This document shows positions 20,109-31,649 of a DNA stretch of 64,000 bases, piece after piece. The translations under genes and the position numbers were made by a program. The first letter of the stretch is position 1. The number at the start of each line of letters is the position of its first letter. The DNA comes from Thermoanaerobaculia bacterium (GTDB taxonomy: Bacteria; Acidobacteriota; Thermoanaerobaculia; UBA5066), in assembly GCA_963719225.1 (NCBI GenBank), contig CAVRAY010000001.1, positions 1,536,001 to 1,600,000 of the forward strand, in the 5' to 3' direction. The notes under the pieces are model-generated. The model did no database searches, was not told the origin of the DNA, and saw only the letters and a list, made by a program, of their open reading frames with translations.

Positions 20109-20182
20109 TTGGCGCAAGCTGGGTACGCCTTTCCGGCGGCTCGCTCCTCTCTCTGAGGGGTTAATGATTCAGGTGCGAGGGC

Positions 20183-20701
20183 TCAGCGCGTCGGATCCCA
20201 GACCGCGACGTGCGGCAGATTCCGGAACTTCTCGTCGAGGTCGAGGCCGTAACCCACGACGAATTCGGGGCCGATCTCGAATCCGAGGAAGTCCGTGCGG
20301 ATATCACGATTTTCGGGCAGGTTCTTCTTGAGGAGGGCCGCGACGCCGAGAGTGCGGGGCCTCCTCGAAGCGAGGAGGTCGAGAATCTTCCGAAGCGTGA
20401 GACCGGTGTCGATCACGTCCTCGAAGAGCAGGACGTCCCGGTCGAGCACGTCCATCGAGAGGTCGTGGACGATGTTGATGTTTCCCGAAGAGCTCGTTCC
20501 GGCGTAAGAGCGCACCTGGAGGAAGTCGACCGAAACGGGCACGGTGAGGCGCTTCAGGAGATCGGTCAGGAAGAACACCGAGCCCTTCAGAATGCCGACG
20601 GCGAGCAGGTCCCGGCCCGCGTACGCGGCGTCGATATCCCTCGCGAGGACGTCGAGGCGCTTCGCGATCGTCTCTTCGGAAAGCAGGATGTGGTCGATCA
20701 C
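20183..20701 (-). CDS. hpt: Hypoxanthine phosphoribosyltransferase
   Basis: GILKGSVFF, SYAGTSSSG, VLLFEDVIDTGLTL, FVVGYGLD. Confidence 0.95.
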   Translation of the reverse strand: MIDHILLSEETIAKRLDVLARDIDAAYAGRDLLAVGILKGSVFFLTDLLKRLTVPVSVDFLQVRSYAGTSSSGNINIVHDLSMDVLDRDVLLFEDVIDTGLTLRKILDLLASRRPRTLGVAALLKKNLPENRDIRTDFLGFEIGPEFVVGYGLDLDEKFRNLPHVAVWDPTR

Positions 20702-20727
20702 GCCCGTCAGACTATCATCCGCGAAAC

Positions 20728-22313
20728 GTGACCAGCAGCGTTCCCGACCCCGAAGCGATCTCTCTGGCGTATGCCCGCCTCTCCACGAAGTTCAAGACTC
20801 TGTGGACGTTTCACCAATTCCTGCAGGGAGTTCATCGCACGAGCCTTCGCGGGCCCACGGGGCCTGCGGTCTCCTTCGCCCCGCTGTACGAGCAGATCAA
20901 GCGCATCAAGGAGACGAAAGGCGTCGAGCCCGCGGCCGACACGCGAGCCGCGATGGCACGCCTCGACGGCCAGCTCGACTCGCTGCACGCGACGCTGGCC
21001 GAGGACGATCGCGAGATCTCCCCGAGCGCGATGCGGCAGTTCTTCGAGCGCGTGAAGGCCGGCGACGAAGAGCTGCTTCTTTCGATCCTGAAGTTCTATT
21101 ACTACGCCCCCACCCTGTCGTCCGACGAGATGGACAAGGTGGACTTCCTCCTCACGCGCATCGGCACGACGGTGGGACAAGAAGGCGCGGCGGAGCTCAA
21201 GTCCGGCCCCGAGCTCCAGAAGCTGAGCGACGCGCTCCTCTCTCTGATGGTCCGGCCGCGGGCCGAGGCCGCCGAGGTGAAGTCCGTCGTTTCCCTCCTG
21301 GACCTTCTGCGCCGCGACCTCGAGGCATGCCAACGGTTCGAGGACCTCTCGAAGCGCAAGACTCTCGAGAACATCCGCACGCTGAAGCACCGGATGGGCA
21401 GGGCCTTCTACGACTCCGAGGTCATGCAGGCGATCCTGTCGTCGAACGTCGCGGTGAAGAAGAAGTTCCAGCTCCTCTACAAAGAGGAGGAAAAGCGAAT
21501 CCTCGCGGCGTCGCACGAGGTTCTCGAGAAGGAAAAGGACCTCGAGCACGACGCGCGCTTCATGAGTCCCGAATTCCGCGAGGACCTCGAGCGCTTCCGC
21601 AAGGACAAGGAGGAGTTCGAGAAGGCGAGCCGCCGGCGCGGCGTGCGCCCGCGCGACGTGAAAAGCCTGAAGGAATCGCTCCACAAGCTTCTCGCGCATC
21701 TCGATCCCGCGGCTGCGGAGGAGTTCGAAGTCGGCTCGGATTCGACTGCGGGCGCCGGCGGCCGCAGGAAAAAGGACGCCACCGCAAAGGGCGCGACGCC
21801 CCTGCCCCTCAGACGTGACACCGGCGCGGAAATCGCCTGGCGGGCCGAGACGGATCGCCTCACGTCCGAGGCGGCCCGTCGCCTCCTCGCGAGCATCGAT
21901 CTCGTCCGGTCGGATCCGCCCAGCGGCGTGCCCGCGCACGGAGCCCGGCTCGAATCATGGGAGGTGCGGGCGGCCCTTCGGATCCTGCGCAAAGGCAAGG
22001 GCGGAGAACCCGCGAGCGAGCGGGATCGCCTCTACTTCAACGCCGCGGTCCTCCGGCAGAAGATGGACGAGGAGGCGCAGACGTTGCGTGATCTCGTCAG
22101 CGAAGTCGGGGAGTCGTCGGCATCCGAGGGCACGCTCCAGGCCACGGAAAAATGTCTCGCGCGCGCGCGAGAAATCGACGGCCTCTTCCGACAGGCTCTC
22201 GGCGTGGCCGAGTCCGAGGGCATCCAGCCCTGGAATCACCTGACGCGCTCACGCTTTCGGCACCTTCGCGCGTTCGCGGGTCTCTGGCTCCTCTACGACG
22301 CTCTGGGTGGCAC

Positions 22314-22317
<4 letters not shown>
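20728..22317 (+). CDS. Hypothetical alpha-helical/coiled-coil protein
   Basis: 529-aa ORF with genome-typical codons; GTGA-coupled to lysS; no family recognised. Confidence 0.75.
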
Positions 22318-23897
<1,580 letters not shown>

Positions 23898-23924
<27 letters not shown>

Positions 23925-23987
23925 AAAGGTCAGCAGGCGGCCGTCGCCCTCTTCCCCTTCTAAGAAAATCTTCCTCTTCTCTTTTCC
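23898..23987. repeat. Convergent pair of dispersed purine-rich motif copies at the lysS 3' end
   Basis: Plus strand AAAGAGAAAGATAAAGATGCTTAGAAAGG; minus strand GAGAAGAGGAAGATTTTCTTAGAAGGGGAAGAGGGCGACGG. Confidence 0.8.
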
Positions 23988-24005
23988 CAACAAAAAAATC
24001 TTCTC

Positions 24006-25151
24006 TTGATCTCTCTCTTTCTAGCCCGCCGTTACCTTCTCGCGTCGCGGCGCGACGCGCAGGTAGGGGTCGTCGCGCTCGCGGCCTTCTGCGGGCTCGC
24101 GCTCGGCGTCGGGGCGCTCGTCGTGTCGCTCGCGCTCCTCGCGGGCTTTCAAACGCACGTGCGGAGCCGGCTTCTCGCCGAGACGCCGCATCTGCTCGTG
24201 ACGCCCGCGGGCCGCGGCACGTTCCACGACGCGGATCGGATCGGGAGCAAGCTCGCCGCCGTCCCCGGCGTGGTTTCCGTCTCTCCCGTCGCGCGGGGCC
24301 GCGTGTGGGTCTCGATCGGACGGGACGCCGCCCCGGCGGAGGTCGTCGGCCGCGAACGGACGAAGGGGCTCGTGCTCGACGTGACCCAGGCACGGCCGCT
24401 CGGGGTCGTGCCGGGCGAGACGGTGACGCTCGTCTCCTCGCGCGCGCGCCTCTCGCCGCTCGGCCCGGTCCCGATCGTGTCGACCCTGAAGGTCAGCGCG
24501 CTCGCGGCCTCGTCCACGGGACGACGCTCGGCCGAGGCGAGTCTGCCGCTCGACGAGGCGCGGCGCCTCTTCGCGCTCGGCCCGGACGGCGCCACCGGCT
24601 ACGAGGTCTTCCTGAAGGACCCGTCGAACGCGAAGGCCGCGGCCGCCGCGGTCTCGGTCGCGCTGGGGCCTTCGGTCACGCTCACGACGTGGGAAGAGCA
24701 GAACCGCGCCCTCGTCCTCGCGCTCAAGCTCGAGCGCTTCGTCCTGTTCGCCGCCGTCTTCCTGATCGTGATCGTGGCGGGCCTGAACCTCGCGGCGACG
24801 TCCGCGGTGCTCGCCGCGACGCGCGCGGGGGACGCGGCCATTCTCTCGGTTCTCGGGGCGTCTCCGAAGATCGTGGAGCGGGTCTTTCGGACCGCGGGCG
24901 GCTGCGTGGGGATGGCCGGCACGACCGCGGGCGTCCTCCTCGGCGTCGCCACCGCCCTCCTGCTCGAGAAATTCGGTCTCGTGCCGCTCCCGGCTCAGCT
25001 CTACGGAATGAGCCACGCGCCGTTCCGCGTGGATCCTTTCGACGTGAGCGCCGTCGCGGTCCTGTCGATCCTGTGGGCGTTCGTCGTGGCCACCGTGCCT
25101 GCCCGCACCGCGGCGCACCAGTCCGCCGTGGAGGTCCTGCGTGGCGCCTGA
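24006..25151 (+). CDS. LolC/LolE-like lipoprotein-releasing ABC permease
   Basis: FLARRYL N-terminus; GVGALVVSLALLAGF; WEEQNRALVLALKLER; FtsX-type C-terminal TM segments. Confidence 0.85.
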   Translation: MISLFLARRYLLASRRDAQVGVVALAAFCGLALGVGALVVSLALLAGFQTHVRSRLLAETPHLLVTPAGRGTFHDADRIGSKLAAVPGVVSVSPVARGRVWVSIGRDAAPAEVVGRERTKGLVLDVTQARPLGVVPGETVTLVSSRARLSPLGPVPIVSTLKVSALAASSTGRRSAEASLPLDEARRLFALGPDGATGYEVFLKDPSNAKAAAAAVSVALGPSVTLTTWEEQNRALVLALKLERFVLFAAVFLIVIVAGLNLAATSAVLAATRAGDAAILSVLGASPKIVERVFRTAGGCVGMAGTTAGVLLGVATALLLEKFGLVPLPAQLYGMSHAPFRVDPFDVSAVAVLSILWAFVVATVPARTAAHQSAVEVLRGA

Positions 25152-25860
25152 GGGGGCGTTGCTCGTGGCGGAAGGCCTCGCGAAGGGCTTCGGCACCGGA
25201 GAGGCGCGCGTCGAGGTCTTTCGCGGCGTCTCCCTGGCGGTCGTCCCGGGGGATCTACTCGCGATCACGGGCCCCTCGGGCTGCGGAAAATCGACCCTGC
25301 TTCACATCCTCGCCGGGCTCGACGTTCCTGACGCGGGACGCGTGATGCTCGACGGCGCGGACTGGGCGTCGCTCGCACCGGCCCCGCGTGCGGCGGTGCG
25401 CGGAGCGAGCGTGGGATTCGTGTTCCAGTTCCACCACCTTCTTCCCGAGCTCACGGCCGAAGAGAACGTGGCGCTGCCGCTGTTCCTCTCCGGGGCGGCG
25501 GAAAAGGACGGCCGTCGCGTCGCGCGCGAGGTTCTCGACCGCGTCGGCCTTCTCGCCCGAGCGGCCGCGTTTCCGCGGACCCTTTCCGGCGGTGAACGGC
25601 AGCGCGTCGCCATCGCTCGCGCGGTCGTGAGGCGGCCCCGGCTCCTCCTCTGCGACGAGCCCACCGGGAGCCTCGACGCCGCCCACGCGGCCCAGGTCTT
25701 CGAGCTCCTGGCCGAGGTCGCCAGGGAGCGTGCCGGGGCCGCGATCGTCGTCACCCACGACCCGGAATGGGCGCGTCGCTGTGCTACGATGAAATTGCTG
25801 GGAGAAGAGGGGTTGAGCGACGTCGTCGGGGCCGCCCTCCCGCTCTCTCCGAGGGGTTGA
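25141..25860 (+). CDS. lolD: LolD-like ABC ATP-binding protein
   Basis: GPSGCGKST, GFVFQFHHLLPELTAEENV, LSGGERQRVAIARA, DEPTGSLD. Confidence 0.88.
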   Translation: MAPEGALLVAEGLAKGFGTGEARVEVFRGVSLAVVPGDLLAITGPSGCGKSTLLHILAGLDVPDAGRVMLDGADWASLAPAPRAAVRGASVGFVFQFHHLLPELTAEENVALPLFLSGAAEKDGRRVAREVLDRVGLLARAAAFPRTLSGGERQRVAIARAVVRRPRLLLCDEPTGSLDAAHAAQVFELLAEVARERAGAAIVVTHDPEWARRCATMKLLGEEGLSDVVGAALPLSPRG

Positions 25861-25875
25861 AACGGTCATCTGACG

Positions 25876-28302
25876 ATGTTCGAAAAATACAACGAGAAGG
25901 CGCGCCGGGCCCTGTTCTTCGCCCGGTACGAGTCCTCGAAGCTGGGCTCGAAGGTCATCGAGTCGGAGCACATCCTGCTCGGCGTCCTCCGCGAGGGCGA
26001 GGAGATCATCAAGGAGATCTTCGCCCGCTTCAACGTGAAGCCCGACGAGATCCGCCGCGAGATCGAAGGCGATCGCGTCTTCGTCGAGCGCGTCTCGTCC
26101 ACCCAGGAGCTGCCGCTCTCGGAGGAATCCAAGAAGATCCTCGCCTACGCCTCCCACGAGGCGGAGTCGATGATGCATCCCTACGTCGGCACGGAGCATC
26201 TCCTCATCGGGATCCTCCGCGTGGACCCCTGCGTGGCCGGCCGCATCCTCATGTCGCACGGTTTCAATCTCTACGGCGTGCGCGAGGAGACGATCGCGCT
26301 CATCAAGGAGCGCGAGGCGTCGAAGCAGAAGAAAGAGCTGCCGTTCCTGGCCGAGTACGCGCGCGACCTGACCGCGCTCGCGCAGCAGGGCGCGTTCGAT
26401 CCGCTCGTCGGGCGCGACGTGGAGGTCGAGCGGATCATCCAGATCCTCTCGCGCCGAACGAAGAACAACCCGATCCTTCTCGGCGAGCCCGGCGTCGGAA
26501 AGACGGCGATCGTCGAGGGTCTCGCGCAGCGCATCGTGGAAGGGGGCGTCCCGCTCTTCCTCGCGCAGCGGAAGATCCTGGCCCTGGACCTCTCGCTCAT
26601 CGTCGCGGGAACGAAGTACCGCGGCCAGTTCGAGGAGCGCCTCAAGGGAATCCTCAAGGAGCTGAAGGAAAACCTCGACCTCATCGTCTTCATCGACGAG
26701 ATCCACTCGCTCATCGGCGCGGGATCGGCCGAAGGCTCTCTCGACGCCGCGAACATCCTCAAGCCCGCGCTTTCGCGGGGGGAGATCTCCTGTATCGGCG
26801 CGACGACGCTGAAGGAGTACCGCAAGTACATCGAGAAGGACCGGTCTCTCCTGCGCCGCTTCCAGGCCATCATGGTCGCCCCGCCCGACGAAGAGGAGAC
26901 GCTCCGGATCCTCGACGGCGTGCGCGAGCGCTACGAGACGTTCCATCGCGTTCGCTACACGGCCGATGCCATCAAGACGGCCGTCTATCAGGCGAATCGC
27001 TACATCCCGGACCGTTTCTTTCCCGACAAGGCAATCGACATCCTCGACGAGGCGGGCGCGAAGGTGAAGCTGCGCAAGACGGCCGACACCCAGAACCTGA
27101 GGCGCCTCGAAAGCGAGATCAAGGGAATCGTCAAGGAGATGAAGAAGGCCATCTCGGAGAAGGACTTCGAGCGCGCCGTCTTCCTGCGCGAGCGCGAGAT
27201 CGAGATCAAGGAGGAGATCGAGCACACGAAGACCTCCGCTCTCGACGACGGGTTGCCCGCCGACGTGACGCGCTCGGACGTCGAGGAGATCATCTCGAGC
27301 TGGACCGGGATCCCCGTGACGTCGCTCCAGATGGAGGAAGCCGAGAAGCTGCTCCACATGGAGGACTCGCTGAAGAAGCGGGTGATCGGCCAGGACCGCG
27401 CGCTCGAGGCGATCAGCCGCGCGATCCGCCGCTCGCGCCTCGGGGTCAAGAGCCCGAACCGGCCGATGGGCTCCTTCATCTTCCTCGGGCCCTCCGGCGT
27501 CGGCAAGACGGAGGCCGCGCGCCAGCTCGCCGTGTTCCTCTTCCACAACCAGAAGGCTCTCGTCCGCTTCGACATGTCCGAGTACATGGAAAAGCACGCC
27601 GTCTCGAAGCTCATCGGCTCGCCGCCGGGCTACGTCGGGCACGAAGAGGGCGGCCAGCTCACGGAGCGCATCCGCCGCCAGCCCTATTCCGTGATCCTCC
27701 TCGACGAGATCGAGAAGGCACATCCGGACATCGCGAACCTCCTCCTGCAGATTCTCGAGGACGGCCAGCTCACGGACGCGTACGGGAACGTCGTCGACTT
27801 CAAGAACACGCTCATCATCATGACCTCGAACGTGGGCACGAAGTTCCTCGTCACGGGCAGCCGCATGGGCTTCGGTGACGGAAAGAACGCCCCCGAGAAG
27901 CGCGAGATCGAGGAGATGGTGCTCAAGGAGCTTCGGCGCGAGTTCTCGCCGGAGTTCATCAACCGCATCGACGAGATCATCGTCTTCAACCCGCTGGGGC
28001 TCCCGGAGCTCCGGGCCATCGGCCGGCTGCTCCTCGACGACGTCGGCGAGACCTTGAAGCACCGCGGCCTGAAGCTCGTCGTCGACGAAGCCGCCGTGGA
28101 CTGGCTCCTCAAGGCGTCGGGCCACGACATCCATTCGGGCGCGCGCCCGCTGCGCAGAACCATCCAGCGACACGTCGAGGACGCGGTATCGGAATTGCTC
28201 ATCGGCTCGCGAGAGCCTGTCGAGTGTGTCGAAGTGACCGTATCAGGAGACGAGCTCAAGGTTCAGGTTCGAGCTCCCGAGCCAGTCGGTACGGACCGGT
28301 AA
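25876..28302 (+). CDS. clpC: ATP-dependent Clp protease ATP-binding subunit (ClpC-type)
   Basis: Clp N-domains; GEPGVGKT and GPSGVGKT Walker A motifs; UVR-like middle domain; GYVG; MGF ClpP-docking loop. Confidence 0.93.
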   Translation: MFEKYNEKARRALFFARYESSKLGSKVIESEHILLGVLREGEEIIKEIFARFNVKPDEIRREIEGDRVFVERVSSTQELPLSEESKKILAYASHEAESMMHPYVGTEHLLIGILRVDPCVAGRILMSHGFNLYGVREETIALIKEREASKQKKELPFLAEYARDLTALAQQGAFDPLVGRDVEVERIIQILSRRTKNNPILLGEPGVGKTAIVEGLAQRIVEGGVPLFLAQRKILALDLSLIVAGTKYRGQFEERLKGILKELKENLDLIVFIDEIHSLIGAGSAEGSLDAANILKPALSRGEISCIGATTLKEYRKYIEKDRSLLRRFQAIMVAPPDEEETLRILDGVRERYETFHRVRYTADAIKTAVYQANRYIPDRFFPDKAIDILDEAGAKVKLRKTADTQNLRRLESEIKGIVKEMKKAISEKDFERAVFLREREIEIKEEIEHTKTSALDDGLPADVTRSDVEEIISSWTGIPVTSLQMEEAEKLLHMEDSLKKRVIGQDRALEAISRAIRRSRLGVKSPNRPMGSFIFLGPSGVGKTEAARQLAVFLFHNQKALVRFDMSEYMEKHAVSKLIGSPPGYVGHEEGGQLTERIRRQPYSVILLDEIEKAHPDIANLLLQILEDGQLTDAYGNVVDFKNTLIIMTSNVGTKFLVTGSRMGFGDGKNAPEKREIEEMVLKELRREFSPEFINRIDEIIVFNPLGLPELRAIGRLLLDDVGETLKHRGLKLVVDEAAVDWLLKASGHDIHSGARPLRRTIQRHVEDAVSELLIGSREPVECVEVTVSGDELKVQVRAPEPVGTDR

Positions 28303-28307
28303 GAAGA

Positions 28308-30923
28308 GTGTCCCTGAATTGCTCGTCCGGCAGCCGTGCCGGGTCCGTCCTGGGTCGATCCGCGCGCGCCGTTCCGGCTGGAGCTCTTGCGGGAATCCTG
28401 GCGGCCTTTCTCGGTCACGGTCCGGCTCGCGCGCAGGCACCGGCTCCCACCCCCACGCCCAGCCCCACGGCCGGCGAGGGGGTCTTCGGCGCCCGACCCG
28501 AGTCGCCGCTCACGGGAACGTTGCCGAAGCCGTCGATGTCGCTCGTCCCCGGGCCCACGCCCGCCGCCGCCGACAGGCCGAAGATCGCGCAGATCGTCGT
28601 GCGCGGCGGGAAGACCACCGCGCCCGAAACCGTGGGCTTCTACCTGGGAGTCAAGGCCGGCGACCCCTACGACGAAGAGACGATCAAGCGGAACTTCAAC
28701 AAGCTCTGGGACTCCGGCTTGTTCGAGGACGTGGCTCTCGAGAAGGAAACCTCGCCCGCGGGGATCGTGCTGGTCGCGACCGTCGTCGAACGGCCCACGG
28801 TCTCGGACCTCGAGTTCCGTGGTAACAAGAAACTCACGACGTCGCAGCTCAAGGACAAGCTCAAGGAAGGGAAGGCCGAGATCCGCGTCGGCGCCCCCGT
28901 CTCGCTTCGCGACGTCGCGAAAGCCAAGACGGTCCTCCTCGAGGCCTACAAGGCGGAGGGTTTCCGTTCCGCGGCGATCGAGGCGACGACCGAGAACGTC
29001 TCCGACCTTCAGCGCCGCATCGTCTTCCTCGTCGACGAGGGCGACAAGATCAAGATCGAATCGATCCGGTTCACGGGAAACACCGTCTTCGGCCAGACGA
29101 AGCTCCGCTACGCCCTCAAGAAGACGAAGCAGGCGCACTGGTGGCGTTTCTTCGACAGCAAGTCTACGTACAACCAGGCGGGATACGAGGAAGACGTCGA
29201 GGCCCTCCGCAAGGTCTACCAGGACGTCGGGTACAAGGACGTCGTCATCAAGGACCCCATCCTCGACGTCTTCGTGACGAACCCGGCCGAGAAGCGTCCG
29301 GAGAAGATCAACCGGCGCGTGAGGATGACGATTCCGATCGTGGAAGGGGAGAGGTTCTACTTCGGAAAGGTCACCGTCGAAGGCTCCGTGGTGTTCAAGC
29401 CGGAGCTGCTCGAGCGGTTCTTCGCCTACAAGCCGGGAAAGCCGATGAGCCGGGCCGTGATCGCGGATGGGATGAAGGCGATCGACGCGACGTACCGCAG
29501 CCGCGGGTACATCTACGTTTTCATGAATCCCGAGAACACCGAGAAGCCGAATCACGTCGTGGACGTCGCGGTGAAGATCACGGAAGGCGATCAGTACCGG
29601 CTCGGCAGGATCGAGTTCACGGGCAACAAGACGACGCGCGACAAGGTCCTGAGGCGCGAGCTCCAGGTCTTCGAAGGCGACATCATGGACATGGAGGTGT
29701 TCAAGAAGAGCCTGTTCAAGGTGACGCAGCTCGGCTACTTCAAGATCGAAGAAGACCCCGATTTCCGCGTCAACCCGGAGAGGAAGACCGTCGACGTCTC
29801 GATCAAGGGAACGGACACGAATCGCAACGAGGTCCAGTTCGGAGCGGGCTATTCGCAGCTCGACGGCCTCTTCGGTCAGTTCCAGTTCAACACGCGCAAC
29901 TTCCTCGGCCGCGGCGATACGCTGGGCGTCCAGTTCCAGCGCGGCAATCGCTCGAACTTCTTCGACGTCTCGTTTGCGGAGCCTTGGTTCCTCGACCAGC
30001 GGATGTCCATCGGCGGGTCCGTGTTCAACCGGACCCTGGACTACAGCGACGTCGCGGGAGGCCTCGACCAGAAGAGCAAGGGCGCGAACTTCTCGGTCGG
30101 CTACGGGCTTGGGATCTTCGACCTCGTGTCGATCTTCTACGGGTTCACGGACCAGACGAGCACGTACCAGGTGTATCCGCCGCCGCCTCCGCCCGGAGGC
30201 GGAAGGGTGCCCATCGCGTTCGCGACGTACGCGGGCAAGACGTCGGCGGTCACACCCGGGTATCGCTATGACAGCCGCAACGATCCCTTCGATCCGTCGC
30301 GCGGCACGAAGATCGGGACGTCGTTTTCGGTCGCGGGAGGTCCATTCGGAGGAGACTTTTCGTATTACAAGATCAGCGCGAACGCCACGCGCTACCTCCC
30401 GTTCGGGAGGAAGGGAAACTTCGCCTTCAATCTAGACCTCGGCCTCCTCCGGGCCTACAAGGGAACGCAGGACCCGGCGGAGAACGGTTTCGACAGCCGG
30501 ATTCCGCTCTTCGAGCGCTACCGCATCGGCGGAGACCGGTCCGTGCGCGGCTTCAAGTACGGCTCCATCTACCCGTTGGACAGCCAGGACCGCGCGTTCT
30601 TCACGAGCAGCGGGGCGCTCCTCGGAGGCGACCGGTTCCTCGTTTTCAACGCCGAGTACGTCTATACCGTGGCCGGCCCCCTCAAGCTCGCCCTCTTTTT
30701 CGACGCCGGCAACACGTGGCTCGAGGGCCAGTCTCCGAACGTGGGATCGATGCGAACGTCGGCGGGAGCCGAAATGCGCGTCCTCCTCCCGATTTTCCAG
30801 GCACCGCTGAGGTTCATCTACGGCGTCAACCTTGCGCCGAAGGAGATCAAGGACCAGGCGGGCACCGTGATCCAGACCGAGTCCCGGACGGATTTCCAGT
30901 TCTCCATCGGGACGACGTTCTAG
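28308..30923 (+). CDS. bamA: Outer membrane protein assembly factor BamA (start uncertain)
   Basis: POTRA repeats (GNKTTRDKVLRRE); VRGF motif; C-terminal FQFSIGTTF. Confidence 0.95.
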   Translation: MSLNCSSGSRAGSVLGRSARAVPAGALAGILAAFLGHGPARAQAPAPTPTPSPTAGEGVFGARPESPLTGTLPKPSMSLVPGPTPAAADRPKIAQIVVRGGKTTAPETVGFYLGVKAGDPYDEETIKRNFNKLWDSGLFEDVALEKETSPAGIVLVATVVERPTVSDLEFRGNKKLTTSQLKDKLKEGKAEIRVGAPVSLRDVAKAKTVLLEAYKAEGFRSAAIEATTENVSDLQRRIVFLVDEGDKIKIESIRFTGNTVFGQTKLRYALKKTKQAHWWRFFDSKSTYNQAGYEEDVEALRKVYQDVGYKDVVIKDPILDVFVTNPAEKRPEKINRRVRMTIPIVEGERFYFGKVTVEGSVVFKPELLERFFAYKPGKPMSRAVIADGMKAIDATYRSRGYIYVFMNPENTEKPNHVVDVAVKITEGDQYRLGRIEFTGNKTTRDKVLRRELQVFEGDIMDMEVFKKSLFKVTQLGYFKIEEDPDFRVNPERKTVDVSIKGTDTNRNEVQFGAGYSQLDGLFGQFQFNTRNFLGRGDTLGVQFQRGNRSNFFDVSFAEPWFLDQRMSIGGSVFNRTLDYSDVAGGLDQKSKGANFSVGYGLGIFDLVSIFYGFTDQTSTYQVYPPPPPPGGGRVPIAFATYAGKTSAVTPGYRYDSRNDPFDPSRGTKIGTSFSVAGGPFGGDFSYYKISANATRYLPFGRKGNFAFNLDLGLLRAYKGTQDPAENGFDSRIPLFERYRIGGDRSVRGFKYGSIYPLDSQDRAFFTSSGALLGGDRFLVFNAEYVYTVAGPLKLALFFDAGNTWLEGQSPNVGSMRTSAGAEMRVLLPIFQAPLRFIYGVNLAPKEIKDQAGTVIQTESRTDFQFSIGTTF

Positions 30924-31000
30924 CCGTTTCCAGTATGATCCCCGTTTCCGTGGACTCGGCGTCCCCGCCCGGGCCCAAAACAAACGAAGGAGTTCCATCC

Positions 31001-31642
31001 ATGAATCGCATCGTCACTCTCGCGGCGGGCGCTCTCGCCCTGGGCGTTCTCGCCGGCAGCGCCTTCGCCCAGACCGTTCCCGCGACCGCGCCCGGCGGAA
31101 AGATCGGCGTCATCGAGGTCCAGAAGATCGTCCAGGAATCCGCGATCGGCAAGGAGAGCCTGGCCCGCGTCCAGAAGGTCCAGCAGGCCAAGACGGAGGA
31201 CCTCCAGAAGCGCCAGAAAGAGCTGCGCGACATGGAGCAGAAGATCCAGGACCAGGGGAAGTCCCTGTCCGAGGACGCGATGGAGAAGCTCCAGAAGGAT
31301 TATCAGTCGAAGGCGCTCGACCTGAAGCGCTTTCAGGACGATGCGCAACGCGAGCTCGAAGAGTCCCAGCGCAAGGAGCTGGGGGAGCTCGAAAAGCGGA
31401 TCATGCCCGTCATCACCGAGGTCGCGCGGGAGCAGGGCTACGCCCTCGTCTTCAACAAGTTCAACTCGGGGCTGCTCTTCGCCGACGACAAGTCCGTCGA
31501 TCTGACGGAGGCCGTCATCACGAGGTTCAACTCGCAGATCGCGGCTCCGGCCAAGCCCGCAGCGGTTCCCGCCGCGAAGAGCGCTGCGCCTGCTGCGGCC
31601 AAGCCGGCCACGACGGGCACTCCGGCCCCGCCGAAGAAGTAA
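31001..31642 (+). CDS. skp: Skp/OmpH periplasmic chaperone
   Basis: Signal peptide; KIGVIEVQKIVQES..GK; coiled coil; VDLTEAVI; SD AAGGAG. Confidence 0.92.
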   Translation: MNRIVTLAAGALALGVLAGSAFAQTVPATAPGGKIGVIEVQKIVQESAIGKESLARVQKVQQAKTEDLQKRQKELRDMEQKIQDQGKSLSEDAMEKLQKDYQSKALDLKRFQDDAQRELEESQRKELGELEKRIMPVITEVAREQGYALVFNKFNSGLLFADDKSVDLTEAVITRFNSQIAAPAKPAAVPAAKSAAPAAAKPATTGTPAPPKK

Positions 31643-31649
31643 GCCGGGC

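Noticed and set aside
25255-28173. Very long opposite-strand ORFs (also 466-1623+, 10809-12641+, 36402-38507+, 41173-43353-, 48895-50358-, 60193-62433+)
   Set aside because: They are antisense shadows of well-supported genes. Stop-codon scarcity is expected in high-GC DNA, and they show no recognisable motifs.
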